Shown: in pieces, positions 28,948 through 38,147 of the stretch
Numbering within the stretch: position 1 is the stretch's first letter
Layout: each line of letters starts with the position of its first letter
From: Candidatus Acidiferrales bacterium
GTDB lineage: Bacteria > Acidobacteriota > Terriglobia > Terriglobales > Acidobacteriaceae
DNA length: 45,675 nucleotides
NCBI GenBank assembly: GCA_035603655.1
Contig: DATNKA010001157.1
Location: 1-45,675, forward strand
Reading direction: 5' to 3'
Position numbers and translations under genes: made by a program
The notes under the pieces: model-generated
What the model saw: the letters and a program-made list of their open reading frames with translations, nothing else
Databases searched by the model: none
What the model was told of the DNA's origin: nothing

Positions 28948-30429
28948 ATGCCCGGCGGAGTTACCACAGAAGTCCGCACCTACCAGATGTACATCAATGG
29001 CGAATGGGTCGCGAGCACATCCGCGAAAACGTTCCCCGTCTACGATCCCTCCACGGAAGAGGTTATCGCCCAGGTTCCTGACGCCGGTCCCGATGACGTC
29101 AACCACGCTGTGGCCGCTGCCAAAGCCGCTTTCGAAGATGGCCCGTGGAGCACGAGCACCGCGCAGGAACGGGGCCGGGTTCTCTTCCGGCTTTCGGACA
29201 AAATCCGCGCCAATCTTCCTGCGCTAGCCGAACTCGAATGCCGCAACACCGGCAAGCCTATCGTCGAAGCCGAATTCGACATCAATGACGCCGCCACCTG
29301 CTTCGAATACTACGGCGGCCTCGCCACGAAAGTTGTCGGCTATGTGAACCCCGTGCCCGACAACGCGATGTCTCTTTCGCTCAAGGAGCCCGTCGGCGTC
29401 GCCGGACAAATCATTCCCTGGAATTATCCGCTCCTCATGGCAGCATGGAAACTCGCGCCTGCAATTGCTGCCGGCTGCACCTGTATTCTCAAGCCCGCCG
29501 AACAAACTCCGCTTACTGCGCTCGAAGTCGCAAAATACTTCGCCGACTGCGGCCTGCCTCCGGGCGTGGTGAACATCGTTACCGGCTTCGGAGAATCCTG
29601 CGGCGCTCCCCTCGTTCAGCATCCCGACGTCAATAAGATCGCTTTCACCGGCAGCGCCGCGGTCGGGAAAATTATCGTGAAACAGGCCGCCGACACTGTT
29701 AAGCGAGTCACGCTCGAACTCGGCGGAAAGTCGCCCAACATCTTTTTCGCCGATGCCGACTTTGATGCCGCCATCGACGGGGCGCTATTCGGGGTCTTCA
29801 TCAATCAAGGCGAAGTTTGCTCCGCCGGCAGCCGCATTCTGGTGCAGAAATCGATCTATAAGAATTTCGTGGAGGCCATGACGGAGAAAGCAAAGAAGAT
29901 CAAACTCGGTCCGCCCCTCGATCGCGAAACCAAGATGGGTCCGCTCGTCAGCAAGGAACAATACGATCGCGTCAACTCCTACATCGCGATCGGCAAGAAA
30001 GAAGCCAAGCTCGCTTCCGGCGGAGGACGTCCCGAGAAGATCGGCAAAGGCTACTACGTGCAGCCCACGATTTTCTCGGACGTCAGTAACTCCGCCCGCA
30101 TTGCCCGCGAAGAGATCTTTGGCCCGGTAGCCGCTGTGATTCCTTTCGAAGACGAAAAGGATGCGCTCAAGATCGCGAACGATTCGCCTTACGGCCTGGC
30201 CGCTGCCGTCTGGACTCGCGATATTTTCAAAGCCATGCGTACGGTGAAAGCTCTACGGGCAGGAATCGTCTGGGTGAATCACATGCAGCCGACATACGTC
30301 GAAGCTCCCTGGGGCGGATACAAACAATCGGGTTTCGGCCGCGAACTTGGCCCCTGGGGCATCGAAGAATATCTCGAAACCAAACAGGTCTACATCAACC
30401 TGAATGAAGCGCCAATCGGCTGGTACTGA
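28948..30429 (+). CDS. NAD(P)-dependent aldehyde dehydrogenase (aminobutyraldehyde/betaine-aldehyde dehydrogenase-like)
   Basis: YINGEWV, IIPWNYPLLMAAWKLAPAIAAGCT, ELGGKSP, and the catalytic Cys in FINQGEVCSAGSR. AGGAGG SD. Confidence 0.88.
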   Translation: MPGGVTTEVRTYQMYINGEWVASTSAKTFPVYDPSTEEVIAQVPDAGPDDVNHAVAAAKAAFEDGPWSTSTAQERGRVLFRLSDKIRANLPALAELECRNTGKPIVEAEFDINDAATCFEYYGGLATKVVGYVNPVPDNAMSLSLKEPVGVAGQIIPWNYPLLMAAWKLAPAIAAGCTCILKPAEQTPLTALEVAKYFADCGLPPGVVNIVTGFGESCGAPLVQHPDVNKIAFTGSAAVGKIIVKQAADTVKRVTLELGGKSPNIFFADADFDAAIDGALFGVFINQGEVCSAGSRILVQKSIYKNFVEAMTEKAKKIKLGPPLDRETKMGPLVSKEQYDRVNSYIAIGKKEAKLASGGGRPEKIGKGYYVQPTIFSDVSNSARIAREEIFGPVAAVIPFEDEKDALKIANDSPYGLAAAVWTRDIFKAMRTVKALRAGIVWVNHMQPTYVEAPWGGYKQSGFGRELGPWGIEEYLETKQVYINLNEAPIGWY

Positions 30430-30457
30430 TAAATGAGAGGACGATCCTTAAAGCCCG

Positions 30458-30584
30458 GTCATCCTCAGCGACGATTGATCTTCGCGCCCAAGCGCGAAGA
30501 TCAACCGCAGTCAGAAGATCAACCGCAGTCAACGGACCCCCGTACAGCGTGTAGCGCCCCTGCCGCCTCGGGGAATTCTCACGA
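30458..30584 (+). repeat. Structured intergenic repeat, copy 1 (gtcatcctSagcga head, 13-bp perfect hairpin, ggaattctcacga tail)
   Basis: Shares head, hairpin (ttgatcttcgcgc-ccaa-gcgcgaagatcaa, 30475-30504) and tail with 31964-32072. It contains an 18-bp tandem duplication of gaagatcaaccgcagtca (30496-30513 and 30514-30531). Confidence 0.8.
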
Positions 30585-30593
30585 GAAACTGAC

Positions 30594-31955
30594 ATGAGCA
30601 CAATCCGACTTACCACCAAAATTCCCGGCCCCAACTCTCTGGCCCTCTTCGAGCGCCGCGCTCAAGCCGTGCCCCGCGGCCTTTCCCACGGCACTCCCAT
30701 CTGTGTCGCCAAGGCCGAAGAGGCATGGCTGGAAGACGTCGACGGTAACCGCTACATCGATTTCGCGGGAGGGATCGGCTGCGCTAACGCGGGCCATCGT
30801 CAAGAAGCCGTCGTTGATGCCATTCGCGGCCAGCTCGATAAATTCCTCCACATGTGTGTCCAGGTCACGCCCTACGAAGGCTACATTCGCCTCGCCGAGC
30901 GTATGAACGAAGTTACGCCGGGAAAGTTCCCGAAGAAGACTCTCTTCCTGAACAGCGGCGCTGAAGCCGTGGAGAATGCGGTGAAGATTGCCCGCGCTTA
31001 CACCAAGCGTCCCGCAATCATCGCTTTCGAGGACGCCTTCCACGGGCGCACCATGATGACGCTCGCGCTCACCAGCAAGACGCATCCTTACAAAGCTGGC
31101 TTCGCTCCCTTCCCCGGCGACGTCTATCGCGTCCCCTTCGCCTACTGTTACCGCTGTTCGTATAACTTGGAATATCCCGCGTGCGATCTCTATTGCGCGC
31201 GCCATCTCGAAGATAGTTTCAAACGCGTCGTCGCCAACGAAGAAGTAGCTGCAGTTATCGCGGAACCGGTCTTGGGCGAAGGCGGGTTCGTTGCCCCTCC
31301 GCCAGACTATTTCAAAGTTCTAATCGAGCTCTGCCACAAACACGGCATTCTCTTCATCGCCGACGAAGTGCAATCCGGCTTCGGGCGCACCGGCGCGCTC
31401 TTCGCCAGCGAACGCTACGGCATCGAACCCGATCTGCTGGTGACGGCGAAATCCCTCGGCGGCGGCCTGCCCCTTGCTGCAGTCACAGGCCGCGCCGAAA
31501 TTATGGATGCGCCCGTCCCCGGCGGCCTCGGCGGTACCTTCGCCGGCAATCCGCTCTCCTGCTCCGCGGCTTTGGCTGTATTGGAGTTGTTTGAAACAGA
31601 ACATTTGCTAACCCGCGCTAACGAACTCGGCGACCGCTTCCTGCGCCGCGCACGCGAATGGCAGCGTCGCTGGCCTATGGTCGGCGATGTGCGCGGTCTT
31701 GGTGGCATGCAGGCCATCGAATTGGTGAAGTCGAAAGAAACGAAGACTCCAGCCACGGATGAAACCAAACAGATCACACAGTATTGCTACGAACACGGCC
31801 TGATCACGATCACCGCCGGTTCCTACTCCAACGTGATCCGGGTTCTCGTCCCGCTCGTCGCCACCAACGAGCAAATGGACGAAGGCCTGGACGTACTGGA
31901 ATCCGCACTAGCCGCCGTCTGCGACAGGAAAGGCGCAGTAGCGCAGCTGGTCTAA
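30594..31955 (+). CDS. gabT: 4-aminobutyrate--2-oxoglutarate transaminase
   Basis: Colinear by eye with E. coli GabT: RRAQAVPRG, YIDFAGGIGCANAGH, NSGAEAVENAVKIARAYTKRPAIIAFEDAFHGRT, EPVLGEGGF, IADEVQSGFGRTG, AKSLGGGLPLAAVTGRAEIMDAPVPGGLGGTFAGNP, DVRGLG. Confidence 0.9.
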   Translation: MSTIRLTTKIPGPNSLALFERRAQAVPRGLSHGTPICVAKAEEAWLEDVDGNRYIDFAGGIGCANAGHRQEAVVDAIRGQLDKFLHMCVQVTPYEGYIRLAERMNEVTPGKFPKKTLFLNSGAEAVENAVKIARAYTKRPAIIAFEDAFHGRTMMTLALTSKTHPYKAGFAPFPGDVYRVPFAYCYRCSYNLEYPACDLYCARHLEDSFKRVVANEEVAAVIAEPVLGEGGFVAPPPDYFKVLIELCHKHGILFIADEVQSGFGRTGALFASERYGIEPDLLVTAKSLGGGLPLAAVTGRAEIMDAPVPGGLGGTFAGNPLSCSAALAVLELFETEHLLTRANELGDRFLRRAREWQRRWPMVGDVRGLGGMQAIELVKSKETKTPATDETKQITQYCYEHGLITITAGSYSNVIRVLVPLVATNEQMDEGLDVLESALAAVCDRKGAVAQLV

Positions 31956-31963
31956 AAAAGTTT

Positions 31964-32072
31964 GTCATCCTGAGCGAGGATTGATCTTCGCGCCCGAGCG
32001 CGAAGATCAACCGCAGTCGAAGGACCCCGGCGAGGCGTGTATCATTACTGCAGTCGCGAGGAATTCTCACGA
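31964..32072 (+). repeat. Structured intergenic repeat, copy 2
   Basis: gtcatcctgagcgagga-ttgatcttcgcgc-ccga-gcgcgaagatcaa-ccgcagtcgaaggacccc...ggaattctcacga. Hairpin at 31981-32010. Same architecture as 30458-30584. Confidence 0.8.
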
Positions 32073-32107
32073 TGCACCCGCTCTTCGCGATAAGTCGAGG
32101 TGAATCA

Positions 32108-33601
32108 ATGACCACAGTAGCCGCGTCCCCAGCCATCAAACTCACGAACTACATCAACGGCCAACGGGCCGAATCGTCCGCGACAGAATGGCGCGATGTA
32201 ATCAATCCCGCCACGGGAGAAACGCTGGCCCAAGTCCCGCTCGCCGACGCCGCTGAAGTCAACCAAGCCGTCGAAGCCGCCGCCGCTGCTTTTCCCGAGT
32301 GGCGCCGCACGCCCCCTGAAGACCGCATCCAGCCGCTCTTCAAGCTGAAGATGTTGCTCGAAGATCACATCGACGACGTCGCCCGCATCATCACGCAGGA
32401 AAACGGCAAGACCTTCACCGAAGCCAAAGCTGAGATGCGCCGGGCGATTGAAAACGTTGAGGTGGCTTGCGGTATCCCCATGATGATGCAAGGCTACAAC
32501 CTCGAAGACGTCGCCCGCGGCATCGACGAGATGATGATCCGTCAACCCCTCGGCGTCACCGCTGCAATCGTCCCCTTCAACTTTCCCGGCATGATTGCGT
32601 TCTGGTACCTGCCTTACGCCATCGCCACAGGAAACACGTTCATCCTGAAGCCGTCCGAGCGCGTCCCGCTCACCATGCGCTACGTTTACGAACTCCTCGA
32701 AAAAACCGGATTGCCCAAGGGGGTAGTAGGTCTGGTCAACGGGGGAAAAGCTGCGGTCGACGCGCTGCTTGACCATCCCAAAGTCCGCGCCATCAGTTTC
32801 GTTGGATCGACTCCGGTCGCGAAGTACGTCTACTCGCGCGCCGCCGCCAACGGCAAACGCGCGCAGTGTCAGGGCGGAGCCAAGAATCACGTCATCGTTC
32901 TTCCCGACGCCGATATGCCTATGGCCACGCAGATCATCAGCGACAGCGCCTTCGGATGTGCCGGCCAGCGCTGCCTCGCCGTCTCGGTCGCGATCACAAT
33001 CGGCGAAGCGCAGAAAACTTTCCGCGATTCCATTGCCGACGCCGCCTCCAAGCTTAAAGTTGGGAACGGTCTCGATAAAGATGTGCAGATGGGCCCAGTA
33101 ATCACGCAACAAAGCAAAGAGCGTGTCGAATCGCTCATCGGGCTCGGCGAAAAGCAGGGTGCGAAGATTCTGCTCGACGGCCGCAACTCGAAAATTCCGA
33201 AATATGAATCCGGCAACTTCGTGAACCCAACGATTCTCGACCACGTTCCTGCAACCAGCGATCTCGCCGACACGGAAATCTTCGGTCCCGTGCTCAGTCT
33301 CGTTCACGCCGACAGCATGGACGAAGCTCTCGCCTTTCTCGAGCAGAGCGTCTACGGCAATCAGGCATCGCTTTTTACGTCGAGCGGATCGGCGGCGCGC
33401 CGCTTCCGCTACGAAGCTCCCGCCGGCAACATCGGTATCAACATCGGAGTCGCGGCGCCCATGGCCTACTTTCCCTTCAGCGGATGGAAGAACAGTTTCT
33501 TCGGCGATCTCCATGGCCAGGGCCGGGACGCCATCGAGTTCTACACCGACAAGAAAGTCGTAGTCGAACGCTGGGCCAAGGAGCACAGCCGCAAGTTCTA
33601 G
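32108..33601 (+). CDS. mmsA: CoA-acylating methylmalonate/malonate-semialdehyde dehydrogenase
   Basis: [41 protein letters not shown], and the catalytic Cys in [13 protein letters not shown]. The ATG at 32108 has a GAGGTG SD; the ORF track start at 32072 lies inside the repeat. Confidence 0.88.
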   Translation: MTTVAASPAIKLTNYINGQRAESSATEWRDVINPATGETLAQVPLADAAEVNQAVEAAAAAFPEWRRTPPEDRIQPLFKLKMLLEDHIDDVARIITQENGKTFTEAKAEMRRAIENVEVACGIPMMMQGYNLEDVARGIDEMMIRQPLGVTAAIVPFNFPGMIAFWYLPYAIATGNTFILKPSERVPLTMRYVYELLEKTGLPKGVVGLVNGGKAAVDALLDHPKVRAISFVGSTPVAKYVYSRAAANGKRAQCQGGAKNHVIVLPDADMPMATQIISDSAFGCAGQRCLAVSVAITIGEAQKTFRDSIADAASKLKVGNGLDKDVQMGPVITQQSKERVESLIGLGEKQGAKILLDGRNSKIPKYESGNFVNPTILDHVPATSDLADTEIFGPVLSLVHADSMDEALAFLEQSVYGNQASLFTSSGSAARRFRYEAPAGNIGINIGVAAPMAYFPFSGWKNSFFGDLHGQGRDAIEFYTDKKVVVERWAKEHSRKF

Positions 33602-33640
33602 GCTTCGCACGCAGCAGTCAGAAGAGAAAATGAGACTTCT

Positions 33641-33820
33641 CAGCACAGAGTCCCAGAGAAATCGAAAACGCGCAAGACCCTCCAACCGCTGCGATCACCG
33701 TCGCAGCCGTCGCGGTGCATCGTCAGCTTGGACCTGGCAACGCCTCGATCACAAAAAAGCTGAAACTGAAGCAAAGGGACTGGAGTTTGTTTTTCTCTAT
33801 GTCTCTGTGACTCTGTGGTG
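33641..33820. repeat. Imperfect inverted repeat pair flanking ~135 bp in the mmsA/aminotransferase intergenic region
   Basis: cagcacagagtcccagagaaat (33641-33662) against the reverse complement of tgtctctgtgactctgtggtg (33800-33820), about 19 of 22 matching by eye. Confidence 0.5.
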
Positions 33821-33841
33821 AACGATTTCAAAGAGGAATTT

Positions 33842-35176
33842 ATGATTACCACTGTTGCAAGTCCCGCCATGTCCGGCCAGGAAATCATCGACCTATCCCG
33901 AAAGCACACGCTTTTCGAATGGTCCGCGCAATCGAAAGTCGACCCCATTGCAGTCGGCAGCGCCAAGGGGATTTACTTCTACACGCCAGAAGGCAAGCGC
34001 TTCATCGACTTCAACAGCCAACTCATGTCCGTCAACATCGGACACGGCGACCCGCGCGTCATCCAGGCCATCAGCGATCAGGCCGCGACGCTCGCCTACG
34101 CGAACCCTTTCATGGCTACTGAGGTTCGTGCGCGTCTTGGCGCGAAGCTCGCCGAAATCACTCCCGGCGATATTGACACCTTTTTCTTCACCAACGGCGG
34201 CGCTGAGGCTAACGAGAACGCCATCAAGCTCGCGCGCTTCTTCACCGGACGCCACAAGATTATGGCACGCTATCGCTCCTACCACGGCGCGACCGCGGGA
34301 GCGATCACCCTCACGGGCGATCCGCGCAGATGGGCTGCGGAGCCTGGCATTCCGGGCGTGGTTCACGTGCTCGACCCTTATCACGGCATCGAGCGCGGAT
34401 GGGATTCCGCCGAATCTTCGCTCGCCATGATTGAAGAGACTATTCAGCTCGAAGGTCCGCAGACGATTGCGGCGTTTATTCTCGAACCAGTGACGGGAAC
34501 CAACGGCATTCTTGTTCCGCCTGATGGATATCTGGAAGGCATTCGCAAGCTCTGCGACAAATACGGCATCTTGATGATTGCCGATGAGGTGATGTCTGCC
34601 TTCGGACGGACTGGTGCGTGGTTCGCGGTCGATCACTGGAAGGTTGTTCCCGACTTGGTGACTATGGCTAAGGGATTAACGTCCAGCTATCTTCCCCTGG
34701 GCGCGGTCGGCATGCGTCATCACATCGCGCGACATTTTCAGGACAAGGTGTTTTACGGAGGACTCACTTACAACAGTCATCCCATGGGATGCGCGGCGGC
34801 GCTGGCGACAATTCGCGTGTATGAAGAAGACGGACTGATCGAGAATGCGAAAACAATGGGCGCGATCATGAAGCAACTGGGTGCGGAGTTGCAGGCGAAA
34901 CATCCGTCGGTGGGAGCGGTGCGCTCGATTGGATTATTTGGTATCGTCGAATTGATTCGAAATCGCAAGATGCGTCAGCCGATGGCGCCGTTCAACGGCA
35001 CGTCCGATGAAATGACTGCTCTGGGACGCTTCTTCCGCGAACAAGGGCTTTACACTTTCGTTCGCTGGAACACTTTCTTCACCAATCCCCCGCTGTGCAT
35101 CAACGAGCAGCAGTTGCGCGAGGCGTTCGCCATTATTGATCGCGGACTTGAGATCACGGATAAAGCTGTAAACTAG
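33842..35176 (+). CDS. Class-III PLP aminotransferase, omega-amino acid (beta-alanine/taurine)--pyruvate transaminase-like
   Basis: FIDFNSQLMSVNIGHGDPRV, TNGGAEANENAIKLARFFTGRHKIMARYRSYHG, IADEVMSAFGRTG, and the lysine in MAKGLTSSYLPLGAV. AGAGGA SD before the ATG at 33842. Confidence 0.85.
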   Translation: MITTVASPAMSGQEIIDLSRKHTLFEWSAQSKVDPIAVGSAKGIYFYTPEGKRFIDFNSQLMSVNIGHGDPRVIQAISDQAATLAYANPFMATEVRARLGAKLAEITPGDIDTFFFTNGGAEANENAIKLARFFTGRHKIMARYRSYHGATAGAITLTGDPRRWAAEPGIPGVVHVLDPYHGIERGWDSAESSLAMIEETIQLEGPQTIAAFILEPVTGTNGILVPPDGYLEGIRKLCDKYGILMIADEVMSAFGRTGAWFAVDHWKVVPDLVTMAKGLTSSYLPLGAVGMRHHIARHFQDKVFYGGLTYNSHPMGCAAALATIRVYEEDGLIENAKTMGAIMKQLGAELQAKHPSVGAVRSIGLFGIVELIRNRKMRQPMAPFNGTSDEMTALGRFFREQGLYTFVRWNTFFTNPPLCINEQQLREAFAIIDRGLEITDKAVN

Positions 35177-35298
35177 CCGCGAAAGTTGTTGGTTAGCGAA
35201 CACCCCTTCGACTTTCCATCCCGGTTTGCGATTTCGATCTTGGAAGAGCCAAGAACCATGGCGAGGGCGATTGATCAAGGGAACCTTCTCACAGAGGT

Positions 35299-35604
35299 CT
35301 ACGCGAGTTCAACGCACCTGGAGCAGTTGCACCGGTAGCGAGGGTGACCGGGCATGGTGGCGTGGCCGCAGGCGGGACAAAGGAACCATTCGCCGTCAGC
35401 TCTTGCGTTCATGAGTTTGAACTTTTTATCCTCGACGCAATAAGGGCAGCGGATGGCCGTTGTGCCATCGCCCTTGATTCCCTTTATTCTTGCGACCAGC
35501 GCGTAGCACGGTTCATGTACGGGAAAGCCATGGCCGTCGGTAGCGGCGGAGGCGGCAGTGAGAGGTTTGGAGCAGATAACGCAGCTTGCGATTGTGGCGT
35601 TCAT
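35299..35604 (-). CDS. Small Cys-rich zinc-ribbon protein, paralogue of 7662..7868
   Basis: MNATIASCVICSKPL...HEPCY...RCPYCVEDKKFKLMNARADGEWFLCPACGHATMPGHPRYRCNCSRCVEL. The long ORF extends to 35748, but its upstream part looks non-coding. Start is uncertain. Confidence 0.5.
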   Translation of the reverse strand: MNATIASCVICSKPLTAASAATDGHGFPVHEPCYALVARIKGIKGDGTTAIRCPYCVEDKKFKLMNARADGEWFLCPACGHATMPGHPRYRCNCSRCVELA

Positions 35605-35895
35605 CGTTATCAATATTGAACGGCGGCTTAAGGCGGCTATCAGGATAGTTTTAGGTTTAAGTAATTCATTTGTATGTCCGCTAGCGCACACAGGTTTTGT
35701 TTTTTCCCGCCGTGGAAGCCACCAACTAAATGCTGCCCCGTCGATCAATCATCGTTATTAAAATCAAAGGTGAAGGACAGAATCTGCCGGAGCGAAGGCA
35801 GTGTTTGTCCCACATTTTCCTAAGTCGAGAAAACGCAAGCTGGCTATATCCGCGCGAGGAGCACGAATCCGTCGTGACTTCCGCGTAGAACACTT

Positions 35896-36525
35896 ATGCA
35901 CAAATGGTTTCGCACTGCCGGGATCTTTTTGCTGTTCGTGGTAACTGCGGTAGCAAACGGGCTGCCGCCGCAGACAAGTGCCCCGACGAATCAAGAGTCC
36001 AAGTCGGCGAAGACCCGCGTGATCGGGCGCAAGCTTCAGGAAAAAGGTGTACCGAATTTTGGTGAGGTCACTCCTTCGCTCTATCGCGGAGGGCTGTTGA
36101 ATTCCACGGGTTTAAAAGCGCTGGCGAAGATGGGCGTTAACATTGTTGTGGATACCCACGCCCACGACGCCAGTGAAGAACGGGAAGCGAAGAGCCTGGG
36201 GATGAAATATGTAGCGATCCCGTGGCATTGTCCCTGGCCCAGGGACGAAGTCTTTGCAAAGTTTCTTAAGGTTCTGCACGAGAACAGGGGAGAAAAAGTT
36301 TTTGTGCATTGCCGCCTCGGAGATGACCGGACCGGAATGATGGTCGCAGCATACCGCATGGCGGAAGAAGGCTGGAGCGCGGACGAGGCGATGAACGAGA
36401 TGAGAACCTTCGGGTTCACGCGGGCGCATCATTTCATCTGCCCCGGGCTGGCGAGTTACGAGAAACATTTTCCTGAGCGGTTGAAGGACAGTCCCGCGTT
36501 CGCGAAAATGCGGGTAAAACAGTAG
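35896..36525 (+). CDS. Secreted Cys-based (CX5R) protein tyrosine/dual-specificity phosphatase-like protein
   Basis: Signal-like MHKWFRTAGIFLLFVVTAVANG. Active-site loop VHCRLGDDRTGMMVAAYR (HCxxGxxRT). Confidence 0.7.
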   Translation: MHKWFRTAGIFLLFVVTAVANGLPPQTSAPTNQESKSAKTRVIGRKLQEKGVPNFGEVTPSLYRGGLLNSTGLKALAKMGVNIVVDTHAHDASEEREAKSLGMKYVAIPWHCPWPRDEVFAKFLKVLHENRGEKVFVHCRLGDDRTGMMVAAYRMAEEGWSADEAMNEMRTFGFTRAHHFICPGLASYEKHFPERLKDSPAFAKMRVKQ

Positions 36526-36592
36526 TTGTTCCTAGCCCTCTCGCGATAACGACTGCGGCCGGGGGGTCAGAAAGTGCGGGTGGGAAATCAAA

Positions 36593-36617
36593 AGCCCGGC
36601 CTGATCGGGGCCGGGCT
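36593..36617. terminator. Bidirectional stem-loop between convergent genes
   Basis: agcccggcc-tgatcgg-ggccgggct, a 9-bp GC stem. On the minus strand it is followed by ttttgatttcc, 25 nt after the stop of 36642..36881. Confidence 0.55.
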
Positions 36618-36641
36618 GGTTTCTCGGGGTTGCCAAAAATG

Positions 36642-36881
36642 CTAGGCAGCCGCGGATCTCTTTGTGCGACCCTCCGTCGTGACCGGTTGAGCTACCTTGC
36701 GTACGAGGAAGGGTTGCAGGTTCGGCTCAGAACCCGCCCACTCTAAACTGACAATGGAGTGTCCGGGCTGGCACGTAACGAAATAGCGTTCTCCGTTGGG
36801 GCTGGTTACTTCGAATTTGCCGGTCTCGCCCTGTAGAGCTTCGGCAACGTCGTAGGTCGAAATGCTATCGTTCAGTTTCAT
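36642..36881 (-). CDS. Hypothetical small protein (79 aa)
   Basis: Strong GGAGGAAG SD 5 nt before the ATG. No recognisable motif. Confidence 0.55.
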   Translation of the reverse strand: MKLNDSISTYDVAEALQGETGKFEVTSPNGERYFVTCQPGHSIVSLEWAGSEPNLQPFLVRKVAQPVTTEGRTKRSAAA

Positions 36882-37042
36882 GGGACTTCCTCCATTCTGT
36901 ATTTCAGGTTGTTGGTTGGGGTTGTCCCTGCCCTAGGGAAGAGCGTTACGTTCATGATAGAACACTGAACGATGACGTCAAGGCCAAGCTTCGCTTTTTT
37001 TTGGTCAAATTCATACTAGGAGATTTACCTGAGGACCGACGG

Positions 37043-37651
37043 ATGGCGCGTGGAACGAAAAGTCATAGGGCGATCGGATTGAGAGAGCCGGCACGCGGGG
37101 CTGCGGCAAGAAACAATTCAGCGAGCGACCCGCCTTATGTCGTCGATCCGCGCGTGCGTATTGGGCACGTGCACTTGAAGGTGGCCGACCTGCAGCGGGC
37201 GTTGCGTTTTTATAATGGCGTGCTGGGACTGGAAGTCACGCAGCGCTACGGCGACGGAGCGGTGTTTTTGTCGGCGGGCGGATACCATCATCACATCGCG
37301 TTGAATACGTGGGACAGCCTGGGAGGCTCACCCCCGCCTGCGGGCGCGACGGGACTGTACCATACCGCAATCGTTTATCCCACGCGAGCGGCGCTGGCAA
37401 CGGCGTTGCGAAGAGTGCTGGCGGCAAACATTCCGCTGGCGGGCGCGGCGGACCATGGCGTGAGCGAGTCGATTTACCTGAATGATCCCGATGAAAACGG
37501 GGTTGAATTGTATTGTGACAAGCCGAAGGACAAGTGGCCCTACGCTCCCGACGGCAAATTGGAAATGTACACGCGACGGCTGGACTTGCACGGACTGTTG
37601 AACGAGGCTCCCGCGGGAAGCGAATTGGAGAGCGGGCCGCGAGACTTGTAG
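37043..37651 (+). CDS. VOC family protein (glyoxalase/extradiol dioxygenase fold)
   Basis: RIGHVHLKVADLQRALRFYNGVLGLEV, GGYHHHIALNTW, GLYHTAIVYP, ADHGVSESIYLNDPDENGVELYCD. Confidence 0.8.
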   Translation: MARGTKSHRAIGLREPARGAAARNNSASDPPYVVDPRVRIGHVHLKVADLQRALRFYNGVLGLEVTQRYGDGAVFLSAGGYHHHIALNTWDSLGGSPPPAGATGLYHTAIVYPTRAALATALRRVLAANIPLAGAADHGVSESIYLNDPDENGVELYCDKPKDKWPYAPDGKLEMYTRRLDLHGLLNEAPAGSELESGPRDL

Positions 37652-37721
37652 GGTTTGTTTTGAGCAGTGCTGAATCGTCAGCTTTTCTAGGTGAGCGCAC
37701 CCCGGAATTTATCAGTAGCCG

Positions 37722-38147
37722 CTACAGATCGAGGAAACGACTGCGATCCTGCGCGCCAGGCAGAGGGCAGGTTTCGAAGCGGCCGAAGATGCGGTATCGG
37801 CTCCGCGCAACCATGTTGTAAGCCGAATCGCGGAAAAATCTTGGCAGCATTTGCAGAAGAAATGCGGCTAGTTTATAGAGGCCTCCGAATTGTTTGAGGA
37901 CGAAGAGCGCCGCGTCGGAGCGGGAGAGTATGAGTTCGCCTGGATGTTCGGAATTTTGCGCGACGACCACGTAGACCGTATCCAGATCGCCCGGGCTAAG
38001 GTGATGGCTCGCCAGGATGCGTGAGGCAAAAGTTCCCTGCAGCGACGCGAAACGGAATATTGCGTTGCTGTCGCGGCGAATGATGAACCGGACCAGGCGG
38101 TTGCAAAGTCCACAGACGCCGTCGTAGAGGACGATGGGGTTGGGCAT
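37722..38147 (-). CDS. DCC family thiol-disulfide oxidoreductase (DUF393)
   Basis: MPNPIVLYDGVCGLCNRLVRFIIRRD, the canonical DxxCxxC N-terminus. Confidence 0.85.
   Translation of the reverse strand: MPNPIVLYDGVCGLCNRLVRFIIRRDSNAIFRFASLQGTFASRILASHHLSPGDLDTVYVVVAQNSEHPGELILSRSDAALFVLKQFGGLYKLAAFLLQMLPRFFRDSAYNMVARSRYRIFGRFETCPLPGAQDRSRFLDL

Noticed and set aside
30579-31205. 208-aa minus-strand ORF
   Set aside because: Antisense shadow of gabT.
32105-33685. 526-aa minus-strand ORF (also 33893..34636, 247 aa)
   Set aside because: These are antisense shadows of mmsA and of the last aminotransferase. The plus-strand genes carry catalytic motifs and SD sequences.
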